The position numbers were made by a program, and so were the translations under genes. From a virus (Duplodnaviria > Caudoviricetes), in the IMG/VR virus record IMGVR_UViG_3300043429_001367, positions 1 through 55,610 of that record: a stretch of DNA of 55,610 nucleotides; one strand, 5' to 3'. Shown here one piece after another: positions 27,103-36,335 of this stretch (the first letter of the stretch is position 1; each line of letters starts with the position of its first letter). Under the pieces are notes generated by a model. It had not been told where the DNA came from, did no database searches, and saw only the letters and a program-made list of their open reading frames with translations.

Positions 27103-27561
27103 CTATTCTCCTATGGGTTGGGAATCGTATGCATCACAGCTAGGGCAAAAGCCTTCGCCTTGAAACCGCTGTGCTTCACTCATGAGTTTGACGAAAGATG
27201 TGCAGGCATACTGACAAATGAGATGATTGGTCGATAGTCCGCTGTATGCAGTCCGGCAGGCTTTGATCCATTCGTCCTGAAGCGTTTCATCACAGCTTGA
27301 TTTTGGAAGTCTCATCTCATAGCAGCTGTCATGTCTCAGGCATGCTTCATTGAGGTTTACAGTCCTGATGCGTTCGCATCGTCTCAGGTCGGCATCAGAG
27401 ACAAGGTTTCTCAGTGCCTCATTGTCTGGTGGAAAGGTTGAGGGTATCAAAATGCTTGACGCAAGCTGATTAAGATAGCCTTCCTTGCTACCGCATTCCG
27501 ATGAAAAAGCGGTTTGACCTGTTGCCAAAGACAATACGACAAATAAACTGGACCAATTCAT
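27103..27561 (-). CDS. secreted phospholipase A2-like protein
   Basis: Signal peptide from ATG 27561 (GGAG SD); NEACLRHDSCY...KSSCDETL (CxxHDxCY). Confidence 0.65.
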   Translation of the reverse strand: MNWSSLFVVLSLATGQTAFSSECGSKEGYLNQLASSILIPSTFPPDNEALRNLVSDADLRRCERIRTVNLNEACLRHDSCYEMRLPKSSCDETLQDEWIKACRTAYSGLSTNHLICQYACTSFVKLMSEAQRFQGEGFCPSCDAYDSQPIGE

Positions 27562-27724
27562 GTAGCCCACTCCAAAGCTGTTTTTCTTTTCAGCACTTAC
27601 TCTTTCGATGCCCTGAGTGATAGCAGTCTCAACCGATGCAGGCAACGAATGACAGTTGACAGAAGTCCTTTTCGCATTCATCAAAGAGAACGAAATAACG
27701 AGATTTTGTTCATCACGGTGAACT

Positions 27725-28483
27725 ATGGAAGAAAGGATTCCAAAAATGGGATTAGCCGATAGTCTTGCGGCTGGGATAAAAAGAACCGAAGCACTTGCAT
27801 TTGCAATGGAGCAATGGATTGCGGAAAAACCGCACAGATCAATGACCATGCTTTCACGGATGTCCGATGTCAGTTACAGTTCCATCCGAAGAGTGATGCA
27901 AAGGGAAGGTGAAGCCAGTCATGAGGTTGTCATGTCACTGGCTCCCATCGTTTTCAAAAAGTCGAATTTGCAGGCTTTTGTTGAGGAATACTATCCAGAA
28001 CTCAAAAGATTTTTTGAAGCAGCATCAGACAACTCAGGAAAGGCTGATGATATTTTAAGATCAAAGGACCACTTTAGACTGATGGTTCTTTCATCACATG
28101 AGTCAGGCTTGACCTTGGATGAAGCGATAAGATTTTTTGGTGAAGGTGTCACAGCCGCCTTTGAGGATTTGATTGAGACAGGGATTTTGAAGCCTTCGTC
28201 CCATCGCAGCAAAGCCTATATTGCTGATGATTATGTTGGAGCCTTGAGTTTCAAACTGGCCAGAAAAATCCTTGGTGATATGTCGGATGTCTATGATGGT
28301 AAGATAAAGGCTCCTGCTACAGCCTGGGTAGGCTGGGAGTCATTGAACGCTGATGCTTTGGATCGCTGCAATGTGATTCTGGCAAAGGCATCAGATGAAA
28401 TTCTGAGCATTATCCAGGATGAGAAAAGCAAGGGTTCACTTCTTGTATTCATGGGAACTCTGTTAAACGTGCTCAAAAAGTGA
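27725..28483 (+). CDS. HTH-containing putative regulator
   Basis: RSMTMLSRMSDVSYSSIRRVM HTH plus winged-helix-like middle. Confidence 0.6.
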   Translation: MEERIPKMGLADSLAAGIKRTEALAFAMEQWIAEKPHRSMTMLSRMSDVSYSSIRRVMQREGEASHEVVMSLAPIVFKKSNLQAFVEEYYPELKRFFEAASDNSGKADDILRSKDHFRLMVLSSHESGLTLDEAIRFFGEGVTAAFEDLIETGILKPSSHRSKAYIADDYVGALSFKLARKILGDMSDVYDGKIKAPATAWVGWESLNADALDRCNVILAKASDEILSIIQDEKSKGSLLVFMGTLLNVLKK

Positions 28484-28496
28484 AAAGGGACTTTTT

Positions 28497-28772
28497 ATGA
28501 AACTTTTGATTTCAATGATTTCGTTTTTATTATCTGCTTCTTTATTTGCCGGGGGAAGCATAGGCGGCTCAACCGGGGGAGCGCATTTGAAGGAAGGCTT
28601 TGAAGTGATGGAAACCATCATCCTTGATCGCTTGATTATCGAGGATTTGAAGCTTCAACTTGAAACCCAGAAATCGGTTCCGCTTCAGATTGATGATCAA
28701 ATTTTCAACATGAAAAAATTCGACAGCCGGATTGTGGACGAAAGTCTCAGCCTGGAAGTCTTGTCTGAATAG
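28497..28772 (+). CDS. small secreted protein
   Basis: Signal peptide then AGGSIGGSTGG. Confidence 0.7.
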   Translation: MKLLISMISFLLSASLFAGGSIGGSTGGAHLKEGFEVMETIILDRLIIEDLKLQLETQKSVPLQIDDQIFNMKKFDSRIVDESLSLEVLSE

Positions 28773-28795
28773 CGTTTCGCCTTTCAAAACTAAAG

Positions 28796-28828
28796 AGGGA
28801 CATCAAAAAATATTTTGATGTCCCTTTC
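28796..28828. terminator. bidirectional terminator-like hairpin
   Basis: AGGGACATCAAAA-AATA-TTTTGATGTCCCT. Confidence 0.75.
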
Positions 28829-28867
28829 TGCTTTTGAATGAATGAAACGGAGAAGCAAAAAAATATC

Positions 28868-29092
28868 CTAGTATGAATTCTGGTTTTTTTTCCAGCTGTA
28901 TTTATCTTCATGTTGGGAGTGATCATCTTTTGAGCGGTAATCATGATGCTTCGATTTATAGTGATGATTCTTTTTCTGATGATGGACGAAGCTTTTTTTG
29001 GACGTGCGGCTGTGCTTATTGTAATCATGATATGGCTTGGCCTCTGCAGCCAAAGATGAAAACATGAGCAATAAAGCGAATAGATAGCGCAT
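28868..29092 (-). CDS. small secreted His/Lys-rich protein
   Basis: Signal peptide ending AEA, then H/K/Y/D low-complexity sequence. Confidence 0.65.
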   Translation of the reverse strand: MRYLFALLLMFSSLAAEAKPYHDYNKHSRTSKKSFVHHQKKNHHYKSKHHDYRSKDDHSQHEDKYSWKKNQNSY

Positions 29093-29126
29093 AAGTTCCT
29101 CACAAGTGAAAATTCATTTCACTTCA

Positions 29127-29717
29127 TTATGCACGATTTATTCCTTTGAGACACCGCACGATAGCCGTGTCTGGCCAGCCCTTGGTATTGAGTGATTTGA
29201 AGACCAGCCCTTCGATTTTCGCGTCAGAACTTTCAAGGATCTTCAGACAATCATCGACCTTTTTATATGTCCTGAGAAATTTGATGTGCGGTGAGATGTG
29301 AAAAACTTCCTTCAAAAGACTGTGCCTTTCAGCATAAGTCTGGAATGAAAGTGTGTCGGACTTGTATCTCAGTATATCGAAAAGATACACCTGATTCTCT
29401 GCCTTCAGCCATTCGCCTTCAAGACAAAGGTATCCATCACTGTCGGCATAGTCCTGAAAACTGAATTTAAGTTCACTCGAAAGCTTTTGGGTGTGCAGCC
29501 GACCGTGGCGGGTATAGCAGGTGATTTCACGCTGCGGGCTGATGTGAATCTGAAGCCTATGCCCGTTCATCTTTAATTGACCAGCCCAGCCCATTTTTAA
29601 TACCCGCTCAATCGCTGAGCGCTCGGGAGCGATAGCGTGATTGGGATGCTGACACTTTATGAATCCATCCGGTTTCATTTTGCGCATATTCCTAATCAGC
29701 ATTTTGAAATTTGACAT
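29127..29717 (-). CDS. ATP-dependent ligase adenylation-domain-only protein
   Basis: QLKMNGHR (I), YTRHG (Ia), LEGEW (III), YLFDIL (IIIa), IEGLVFK (IV); no room for an OB domain. Confidence 0.8.
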   Translation of the reverse strand: MSNFKMLIRNMRKMKPDGFIKCQHPNHAIAPERSAIERVLKMGWAGQLKMNGHRLQIHISPQREITCYTRHGRLHTQKLSSELKFSFQDYADSDGYLCLEGEWLKAENQVYLFDILRYKSDTLSFQTYAERHSLLKEVFHISPHIKFLRTYKKVDDCLKILESSDAKIEGLVFKSLNTKGWPDTAIVRCLKGINRA

Positions 29718-29756
29718 GGTGCCAACTCCCTTTGGAGCCAGCACCATACAGCAGGA

Positions 29757-30383
29757 TCAGACTTTGATGTAAGACTTAAGTTTCAGGGCTGTATAAAGAT
29801 CAGCCAGTTGGTCGGCTGATTTTACGTACTTGACTGCTTCGGTCACTGTGTCAGCTTTGACCTTGTGCGCGATTGGCAAAAACATGGTTTCAAGTTCGTC
29901 CTGGGAAAAGGCTTTTGCCAGGGCATCAAAAAGACGCTTTTGGGTTGTTTCATTGCCGATGAAGGCAGGATTAAACCTGAGACTTCCAAGGTCGGGTTCG
30001 ACAAGAGCATTTACGGTTTTTTTGCCGAATTTCTCTTCGATCAGATTCAGGTCCTCTTCGACCAGCTGACTTCCGCTGTTCTGAGTGATGAAGGTCACGG
30101 ACTCGGACTTGCCGAGAATCTTCAGGTTTCCCGCTTCACCATTCATTTGACGTTCGGCGAATACCGCACGCGATTCGGAAAGGACAGTGTTCTTGTATGC
30201 TTCCTGCTGGCCTTCCAGCATTTTGATTTCAGACTGCAGGCGATGATATTCGTCAACAGCTTCGGCTGTTGCACCTTTGGTTTGATGGGACGCAAGCGAA
30301 CTTTTTGATGTTGAGGTTTTTTTGACTTTGAAGGGATTGAAGTCTGCCTGTTTCGCTTCTGGTTTTTTTGCTGATCTTGCCAT
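29757..30383 (-). CDS. hypothetical protein
   Basis: ATG 30383 with AAGGAG SD; the longer ORF call runs through its own promoter. Confidence 0.75.
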   Translation of the reverse strand: MARSAKKPEAKQADFNPFKVKKTSTSKSSLASHQTKGATAEAVDEYHRLQSEIKMLEGQQEAYKNTVLSESRAVFAERQMNGEAGNLKILGKSESVTFITQNSGSQLVEEDLNLIEEKFGKKTVNALVEPDLGSLRFNPAFIGNETTQKRLFDALAKAFSQDELETMFLPIAHKVKADTVTEAVKYVKSADQLADLYTALKLKSYIKV

Positions 30384-30432
30384 TTGAAAACTCCTTGAAT
30401 TTTGTCCTACCAAACTCGCCTTACATGATCCC

Positions 30433-30459
30433 TGATCGGCATCCAGGACAAAAACTTGA
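30433..30459 (-). promoter_or_regulatory. sigma28-like promoter (P3)
   Basis: TCAA-N15-GCCGATCA. Confidence 0.7.
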
Positions 30460-30544
30460 GAGTTCATTCAAAGAAGTAATTATTTTGATTCTGACTTGGT
30501 GTAATATTTCCGTGGGCAATCCATAAACAACGGGAGTAAAACCA

Positions 30545-30970
30545 ATGCGTTTTTTAATGAATTTTATCATTGGACTTTCGGTCCTTTTTTTTTCGGCATG
30601 CGGTGATGAAAAGGTAACAGTGGAAAGACTTGAAGGCGTGCCCGGTCCGCAAGGTCCCGAAGGTCCCCAAGGCAAAGGTGATCCCGGTCCCCAAGGTCCA
30701 TTAGGTCCCAAAGGTCCCCAAGGCAATGCTGGTCCCGCTGGTCCTCAAGGTCCCGGCTGTTACATCGAAAATTATGATGCAGGGTTTAATATCGTGTGCG
30801 GTAAGGACAAGGTCTGGTATCCGAAATACGATGTGAAATCGACCACGGTTTGTGCGTTTATCAACAACAAATGGCAAAAAACAGTTATCACCTACCTCGC
30901 TCCACTCGGCAATCGCGCGAGTGCCACAGCCGAATCTGACATTGAACTCAAAACCTTTTTCTGCGACTAA
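30545..30970 (+). CDS. collagen-like lipoprotein
   Basis: FFSAC lipobox; about 12 Gly-X-Y triplets with one interruption. Confidence 0.8.
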   Translation: MRFLMNFIIGLSVLFFSACGDEKVTVERLEGVPGPQGPEGPQGKGDPGPQGPLGPKGPQGNAGPAGPQGPGCYIENYDAGFNIVCGKDKVWYPKYDVKSTTVCAFINNKWQKTVITYLAPLGNRASATAESDIELKTFFCD

Positions 30971-30982
30971 GGGAGTCATGCG

Positions 30983-31486
30983 ATGCGTTATCTTCTTTTG
31001 ATTTTAACTTTTTTTGCAGCTGACATTTCGTTGGCTCAGGAAAAGAAGGTTGAGGTTGGTCCGATTCAGAAGGAAGTCTTGACAATTGACGACAGCTATC
31101 CCGAGGCTTTCAAAGGCCAGAAGATTCAGGTTTATGACAAGGAAGGAAAGCCGCAAGGCGAATTCGACCGCACGAAATGGAGAATTGTCCCAAGGGATAA
31201 AAAGGTGGTCTATCGGCAAACCAAGACAGTCAGCAGCACCTGCGATAAAAAGTGCCCTGAAGCTCCCATGTTTAAAAGACACACGATCGGTCTTCTTTTG
31301 GGACTGGGGAAGACCGGGCTGGAAACCACGGCACCTGAAGGTGAGCCGCTTGAAGTAAGCCAAAAAAATGGATTGGTTCTTGGCGCTCAGTATATTTATC
31401 GCTGGGATGATGAATGGTCCTTCAGTGGACTTGTCACGACAAATAACAGCATTATGGCTGGCGGTCATTACAGTTTTAATCTATAG
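30983..31486 (+). CDS. secreted protein with C-terminal amphipathic beta-strands
   Basis: Signal peptide; LGAQYIYRW...AGGHYSF outer-membrane-like ending. Confidence 0.65.
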   Translation: MRYLLLILTFFAADISLAQEKKVEVGPIQKEVLTIDDSYPEAFKGQKIQVYDKEGKPQGEFDRTKWRIVPRDKKVVYRQTKTVSSTCDKKCPEAPMFKRHTIGLLLGLGKTGLETTAPEGEPLEVSQKNGLVLGAQYIYRWDDEWSFSGLVTTNNSIMAGGHYSFNL

Positions 31487-31539
31487 TTTCGATAGATCCT
31501 ATATTTGAGAAAAAGAGAATCAAGTCACAGTATCGGAAG

Positions 31540-31570
31540 TCCCATCTTTTTTTAAGGTGGGATTTTTTTT
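31540..31570 (+). terminator. intrinsic terminator
   Basis: TCCCATCTT...AAGGTGGGA then T8. Confidence 0.7.
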
Positions 31571-31622
31571 ATTGAAAGGTTATAAAGCGACTATCAATGA
31601 TTAAATTTGATTAGAGGATTAT

Positions 31623-32288
31623 ATGGGATTTCATAGTGTGGATTCACTTTTAAAAGGTATCAGCACGCTTGAGTTGGATGATAGCTATAAAAAATATGAT
31701 CTACTTGATGAGCGAAGAAAGCTGAAGATAAAGACTGCTGATTTCTGGCATCAAATGGGATGGAGCGCACGCAGGACTTTCCTTCACTTTGAAGGACAAT
31801 ATTTTCTTCCAACCGCTGAATCACTGATTCTTATCAATGACCTGATAGGCTCAATCCCTCTTAAGGATTGTCTTGAGATTGGTGCGGGCAATGGCTGGCT
31901 TGGATATCTGCTTGGAATAAAAATGACAGACAGCTATCTGCAGGATAACCCGGCGATGAAGTCGCTTTACAGTATGGTCAGTCAACCTGTTATTAAATAT
32001 GGCCTTGACGTTGAACGCATTGAAGCTGTTGAGGCAGTGAAAAAATATAGACCGCACACCGTCATTGGCTCATGGATCAGCGAAAAGAATTCGGGTGGAA
32101 ATCCCTATCTGGTTGATGAAGTTGAGATGATGAAATACTGCAAGCGATACATATTCATTGGAACTGAACATCAGCACGATTACAAAACTCTGATTAAAAA
32201 TGGCAAAGGCAGAAAATACAAGACTCCTGGCATCCTGTCGAGAGCCAAGGATGATTCTGTCAATGCGGTTTGGGTTTTTGAGAATTGA
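31623..32288 (+). CDS. SAM-dependent methyltransferase-like protein
   Basis: CLEIGAGNGWLG. Confidence 0.7.
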   Translation: MGFHSVDSLLKGISTLELDDSYKKYDLLDERRKLKIKTADFWHQMGWSARRTFLHFEGQYFLPTAESLILINDLIGSIPLKDCLEIGAGNGWLGYLLGIKMTDSYLQDNPAMKSLYSMVSQPVIKYGLDVERIEAVEAVKKYRPHTVIGSWISEKNSGGNPYLVDEVEMMKYCKRYIFIGTEHQHDYKTLIKNGKGRKYKTPGILSRAKDDSVNAVWVFEN

Positions 32289-32298
32289 GAGGATTCCA

Positions 32299-32565
32299 AT
32301 GTTTAGTTTTGATGTAATAACCAAAGACTGGGGAACAGGAAAAATTGAGATAACCGGCTTCAATAGAGTTCTGTCTTTGAGGCCAACCGAAATACATCAT
32401 AAATCAGATGGTTCGCTTGATAACAAGCCTTCTTTTTGTTTTGTTCTCTCGATTCCAAACGATACTGATTTTTGTGTTTGTGGTGAAATGTCTCTTGAGA
32501 TGCTGAATAAAAGTCTTGGTCATCTCGGCTATGAAATCGTGCGAAAGAGCGGGGAAAGCTTATGA
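32299..32565 (+). CDS. hypothetical protein
   Basis: GAGG SD before ATG 32299. Confidence 0.6.
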   Translation: MFSFDVITKDWGTGKIEITGFNRVLSLRPTEIHHKSDGSLDNKPSFCFVLSIPNDTDFCVCGEMSLEMLNKSLGHLGYEIVRKSGESL

Positions 32566-32750
32566 GAGACTTGAATGATCATTGTGGATTTTCTGAAACA
32601 TCAGTTTGGCTTTTACCCGAGGAAGAGATAGGGATGGTTCTTGATGAACTTTTGAACCATCTCAAGCTTAAGGTCTACAGGCGAAAGATGCCTGACTCAA
32701 GCACAGCAGAATTCAAGGTTGTGTCGATTTTGGAAGAGTTGCATTGGTAA
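32562..32750 (+). CDS. hypothetical protein
   Basis: ATGA overlap. Confidence 0.55.
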   Translation: MRDLNDHCGFSETSVWLLPEEEIGMVLDELLNHLKLKVYRRKMPDSSTAEFKVVSILEELHW

Positions 32751-32964
32751 GATAATCTTGACGAGTGATTTCCTGCCTGATCACTCTTTTGCACAGAATA
32801 CGGATCTTGGAATTTCGGACTGTTTCATTTGTTTCATCAGTTTCCGTTTTAAGAATCAGTTTCAAGGTTTCAGCAGCATATTGTTCCGGTAACAGGCGAA
32901 GAGTGAGCAGAACCAGGAATTGAGTGTCCATCTTGTCAAGGTTCGATTCAATCAGGTCTTTCAT
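32713..32964 (-). CDS. hypothetical protein
   Basis: AAGGAG SD before MKDLIESNL. Confidence 0.55.
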   Translation of the reverse strand: MKDLIESNLDKMDTQFLVLLTLRLLPEQYAAETLKLILKTETDETNETVRNSKIRILCKRVIRQEITRQDYLTNATLPKSTQP

Positions 32965-32965
32965 T

Positions 32966-33142
32966 TTATTCTCCTTGGTAATTTGCAATTTCAACATGCA
33001 TGCAGCCGCACTCGACAGGAGTATCAAGATCAGCCTTGGGATACTCCTTGGCAAGTTCATCAAGGCGCTTGTTCAAATAAAACCAGCTGGCATATTCGCC
33101 GTCTTCCTTGCCGTTGATATAGAGAGTGATGAAAAAAAGCAT
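32966..33142 (-). CDS. 58-aa hypothetical protein (below cutoff)
   Basis: MLFFITLYINGKEDGE...; GGAG SD; stop 1 nt before next ATG. Confidence 0.6.
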   Translation of the reverse strand: MLFFITLYINGKEDGEYASWFYLNKRLDELAKEYPKADLDTPVECGCMHVEIANYQGE

Positions 33143-33206
33143 TTTATTATTCTCCGATTTCAGTAAGAGACTTAAGGTAGTTCCCTTACCTTAAGTATTG
33201 TTTGGT

Positions 33207-33428
33207 TTAAAACCTGGGACGAAGATTGAGATATTTTTGATGATCTTTGATTGCCAATTCCTTGGTCTTGTATCCCATGCGGTTATTGGTAGGTGAATTG
33301 AAACCAGCATGTCCCATCGTAATAAACCAAGTTCCGTCTGGACCTTGTTTGACGGGTTCCTTGCAGCTATCACAGTAACCTTCGTTTTTGCAGTCGCTCA
33401 TCAGGTGTTCAAAGTTACTCATGATCAT
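33207..33428 (-). CDS. small hypothetical protein
   Basis: AAGGAG SD; CDSC motif. Confidence 0.65.
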   Translation of the reverse strand: MIMSNFEHLMSDCKNEGYCDSCKEPVKQGPDGTWFITMGHAGFNSPTNNRMGYKTKELAIKDHQKYLNLRPRF

Positions 33429-33465
33429 TCTCCTTTTGTCCTACCAAACTCACCGCACATAAAGC

Positions 33466-33492
33466 TTATCGTCACTTCCAAGGATTTCTTGA
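33466..33492 (-). promoter_or_regulatory. sigma28-like promoter (P4)
   Basis: TCAA-N15-GACGATAA; shares the 20-nt leader TTATGTGCGGTGAGTTTGGT with P2. Confidence 0.7.
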
Positions 33493-33595
33493 GCACCTTT
33501 ACTGAAAAGTAAGAAATGAGCTTAAGTAAAGGACTTTTACTTTAAGTATTGAGCTATCCCAACTCTTCACCATCACAGACAAAAAACCAGATTTT

Positions 33596-33622
33596 TAATT
33601 TTTATCCACAGCTTCCCGAACA
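33596..33622 (+). promoter_or_regulatory. degenerate sigma28-like promoter (P5) with a DnaA-box match in the spacer
   Basis: TAAT-N15-CCCGAACA; TTATCCACA at 33602-33610; TTTGGTGTGACT leader. Confidence 0.45.
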
Positions 33623-33668
33623 GGTATTCGTTGTTTGATTTGGTGTGACTTAATCAGGGAGTTTTGCA

Positions 33669-34211
33669 ATGCGATCCTTACTTATAATCAGCCTTTTTCT
33701 GACTGCTTGTGGCAGTGAAACGGACAAAGCCTTGTCTGAAAAGATCAAGGAATATGAGACTCAGGAGAACGCCGAAGAAATTGAGGGTTCTGAGTCTGAT
33801 ACAAATGAAGAGTCAGCTGCAGAAAAATCTGATGTCCGCATTTCCCGTCCTGATGATTCAAGTCAGCTGCAGCCGGTCGCGTGCGGTGACTTTGCTGTAA
33901 AGGGTGATTTCAAGGCTTCAGTCACTCCTGACAGTGGAGTCACGCTTTCAGTCAAGATGAATGAAGAGTGCGACTTTGCCAATTTTCATTACGATGGAAA
34001 GCAACTGGAAGTGACGATGTGCAGCAACAGCACCGATTGGCTCCTGGCTCAGAAGACAGTCAAGACCAGGGTGACAGAGCTATCCATCGTGCGGTCGAAA
34101 GGTGTTTTAAGTTTTCTTTACCGCACCAATGGCAAGACGGAAACGCTCGAATACATCTCAATCAAAGGTGAGTTTGAGAATGATGCGTCAATCTGCTTTG
34201 AACAGTATTGA
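33669..34211 (+). CDS. lipoprotein
   Basis: FLTAC lipobox, acidic linker. Confidence 0.8.
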   Translation: MRSLLIISLFLTACGSETDKALSEKIKEYETQENAEEIEGSESDTNEESAAEKSDVRISRPDDSSQLQPVACGDFAVKGDFKASVTPDSGVTLSVKMNEECDFANFHYDGKQLEVTMCSNSTDWLLAQKTVKTRVTELSIVRSKGVLSFLYRTNGKTETLEYISIKGEFENDASICFEQY

Positions 34212-34219
34212 GGTTTGTC

Positions 34220-34447
34220 ATGTCAGACAAACCCACTCTCAAAAAGTTCAGAAAAGACGTGGGCTTGACCGATCAGGAGCCAGCCGATATTGGCAGACCA
34301 CCGCTCGAAAAAGGTCGCAAAAGTATAAAAACTTCGATTGTCCTGAGTCAAAGCCTATGGGAAGACATAGGTCCAAAACTTGAATTGCATGGGGACCTGT
34401 CAAAATATGTCAGATACCTCATCAAACGTGACCTGGGAAAGGATTGA
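34220..34447 (+). CDS. RHH-like DNA-binding protein
   Basis: GRPPLEKGRK...TSIVLSQSLWE...LSKYVRYLIKRDL. Confidence 0.65.
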   Translation: MSDKPTLKKFRKDVGLTDQEPADIGRPPLEKGRKSIKTSIVLSQSLWEDIGPKLELHGDLSKYVRYLIKRDLGKD

Positions 34448-34450
34448 ACC

Positions 34451-34942
34451 ATGTTTGCGGTTTGGAATGGAAAAAAACTTGATTTCATCTCATGTGAAAA
34501 CGATAGCACTGTGATTTTTAACACAGCAAGAAAAACTCTTGATGATGCCTATCTTGAGATGCTTCCCAAAGCATATATCAACGCAAGCCGCATGATGAGT
34601 CTTTGTAATGCAGCGGGCATTGCTGTTCTTTGTGATGAGGATGGACTTCAGAAAAAACTTCCCGTCACGCTGGAACTGAATGGTTTCAGGCTCGTTGGCT
34701 CTGTTGTCTTCCTTGCCCTTTCTGGCAATGAGTTTCAATCCCTGAGTGAAAGTCAGATGAAACTTCTCTCAGAACAGTTTGAACCTTTAACAAAACATGC
34801 TGAATCAGAAATCACCATTAAAGTTCTCAACAGTCTTATCAAATTTATGGACGAGGAATGTGACAAAAAAGGAACTACAAGAGATGCGTTCATTGAGGAT
34901 TTGATTTCAAACTATAGGGCATATGTAAATGAGCAGGATTGA
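34451..34942 (+). CDS. DUF3846-like domain fused to an RHH-like C-terminus
   Basis: VLCDEDGLQKKLP...LVGSVVF...FQSLSESQ; ITIKV...FMDEECDKKGTTRDAFIEDLI. Confidence 0.6.
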   Translation: MFAVWNGKKLDFISCENDSTVIFNTARKTLDDAYLEMLPKAYINASRMMSLCNAAGIAVLCDEDGLQKKLPVTLELNGFRLVGSVVFLALSGNEFQSLSESQMKLLSEQFEPLTKHAESEITIKVLNSLIKFMDEECDKKGTTRDAFIEDLISNYRAYVNEQD

Positions 34943-35789
34943 AACAAATCAAATGAAACACCTTGTTATTGGTGCGGGCAATCTTGGGATCGACCTTTTT
35001 AATCAACTTAAAAAAAATGGTTTGAACGTAAGTACGTGCTCACGTTCAACAGGCTGGAATATACAACATCTGAGACAGCGTGACGATTTTTTGCAGTATG
35101 CAAAAACTTTTGATGTTGTCTGGTATTGCGTTGGATTTGGTTCGATCAAAGAAGCTATGGAAGATGCTTACGGCGCTCATCAGATTCATTTGGAAATACC
35201 TGCGCAGCTTATTGCTGTTTGTCCTTATGTTGTTTTCTTTAGTTCTGACTATGTTGCCGATGAAAGATTTCCTAAATCCAATGATGTGCATGCTTCAAAG
35301 ATGAGAAGCCATTACGCGCATTTGAAATGGAGAATGGAATGTGCGGTTAATCAGTCAGAGAATGCTACAGCAATCCGTGTAGGTTCTCTTTACGGCTCAC
35401 ATAAACCCATGTCCACTTTTCCTGGAAAACTGCTGAAAAACATGCAGGAAAAAACTCTTGTGAAGCTTCCATTAAATTTGGTAACTCCAACCTCAACATC
35501 GTGGTTAAGCGAAATACTTGTGCAAAACTTTGATCGGTTATACAGGAATCCCGAAGGCCAACATATCCATCATGCAGCACCGCATGGATTTGTGACTGTG
35601 CGTGAATGGGGTTCGATGATTCTTGGACAGCCGATGAATAACGACGACACGTTCTTTGATTACGAAAGACCGCTGCTCAGTTGTCTTGATACAAGCTTCG
35701 CTTCACATCAAACTCATTGGCTGCAGAGATGGAGTGAGGAATGGAATATGTCGTTGCGCGAGAGGATTTTGAAAAGCTTGCAGAGCTAA
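34929..35789 (+). CDS. RmlD-like NDP-sugar reductase (SDR family)
   Basis: GAGNLG, FSSDYV, YAHLK (YxxxK). Confidence 0.75.
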   Translation: MSRIETNQMKHLVIGAGNLGIDLFNQLKKNGLNVSTCSRSTGWNIQHLRQRDDFLQYAKTFDVVWYCVGFGSIKEAMEDAYGAHQIHLEIPAQLIAVCPYVVFFSSDYVADERFPKSNDVHASKMRSHYAHLKWRMECAVNQSENATAIRVGSLYGSHKPMSTFPGKLLKNMQEKTLVKLPLNLVTPTSTSWLSEILVQNFDRLYRNPEGQHIHHAAPHGFVTVREWGSMILGQPMNNDDTFFDYERPLLSCLDTSFASHQTHWLQRWSEEWNMSLRERILKSLQS

Positions 35790-36319
35790 AAGGCGCTTCG
35801 GAGTGGGCAAGAGCAAACGGACTGAGCCAGGATCGGGAGTCCTATGAGAGAGCCTATTACAAATTATACCGTAAAATTCTTGCGCGTCCCCATTGGTCAA
35901 ACCCTTGGAGTAAATACATGAAAAAAATTTACATCATGCACCTTGATCAGAACGAAGTGAAACACCTTCCCCTGGTTTTCTTTGATGCGACATACGATGA
36001 TTTATGCAGTCTTGAAAAGGAGTTCAAGAAAAGCAAAGGTCTGAAAGACTGCTTTGATAACTCCGAAGTCAAAGAGATTGTGATAACGATCTATCGTCCC
36101 AAGGACCAGGACGCACTGAGAAGGCATATAGCAGGTGTCAAGGAAGAGATGTCGATGGAAACTTTGAAAGGGGTTTGTTCGCAGATAGCAAACGGTCTTC
36201 AGATTCACCTGACGTGGCATACAAACGCAGAGTTTCAAAAAATCGTGCCAATGAACAAGGCTGATAGGGATCTTCTGAAGGCCATGATCGGCACCGGCAA
36301 ATCAAAGCCTGTAATATGA
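35741..36319 (+). CDS. hypothetical protein
   Basis: GAGG SD, 192 aa. Confidence 0.6.
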   Translation: MEYVVAREDFEKLAELKGASEWARANGLSQDRESYERAYYKLYRKILARPHWSNPWSKYMKKIYIMHLDQNEVKHLPLVFFDATYDDLCSLEKEFKKSKGLKDCFDNSEVKEIVITIYRPKDQDALRRHIAGVKEEMSMETLKGVCSQIANGLQIHLTWHTNAEFQKIVPMNKADRDLLKAMIGTGKSKPVI

Positions 36320-36335
36320 TTTTTGGTAATGATCC

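Noticed and set aside
27562-27849. N-terminal extension of the PLA2-like ORF
   Set aside because: It overlaps the divergent gene; ATG 27561 has an SD and a signal peptide.
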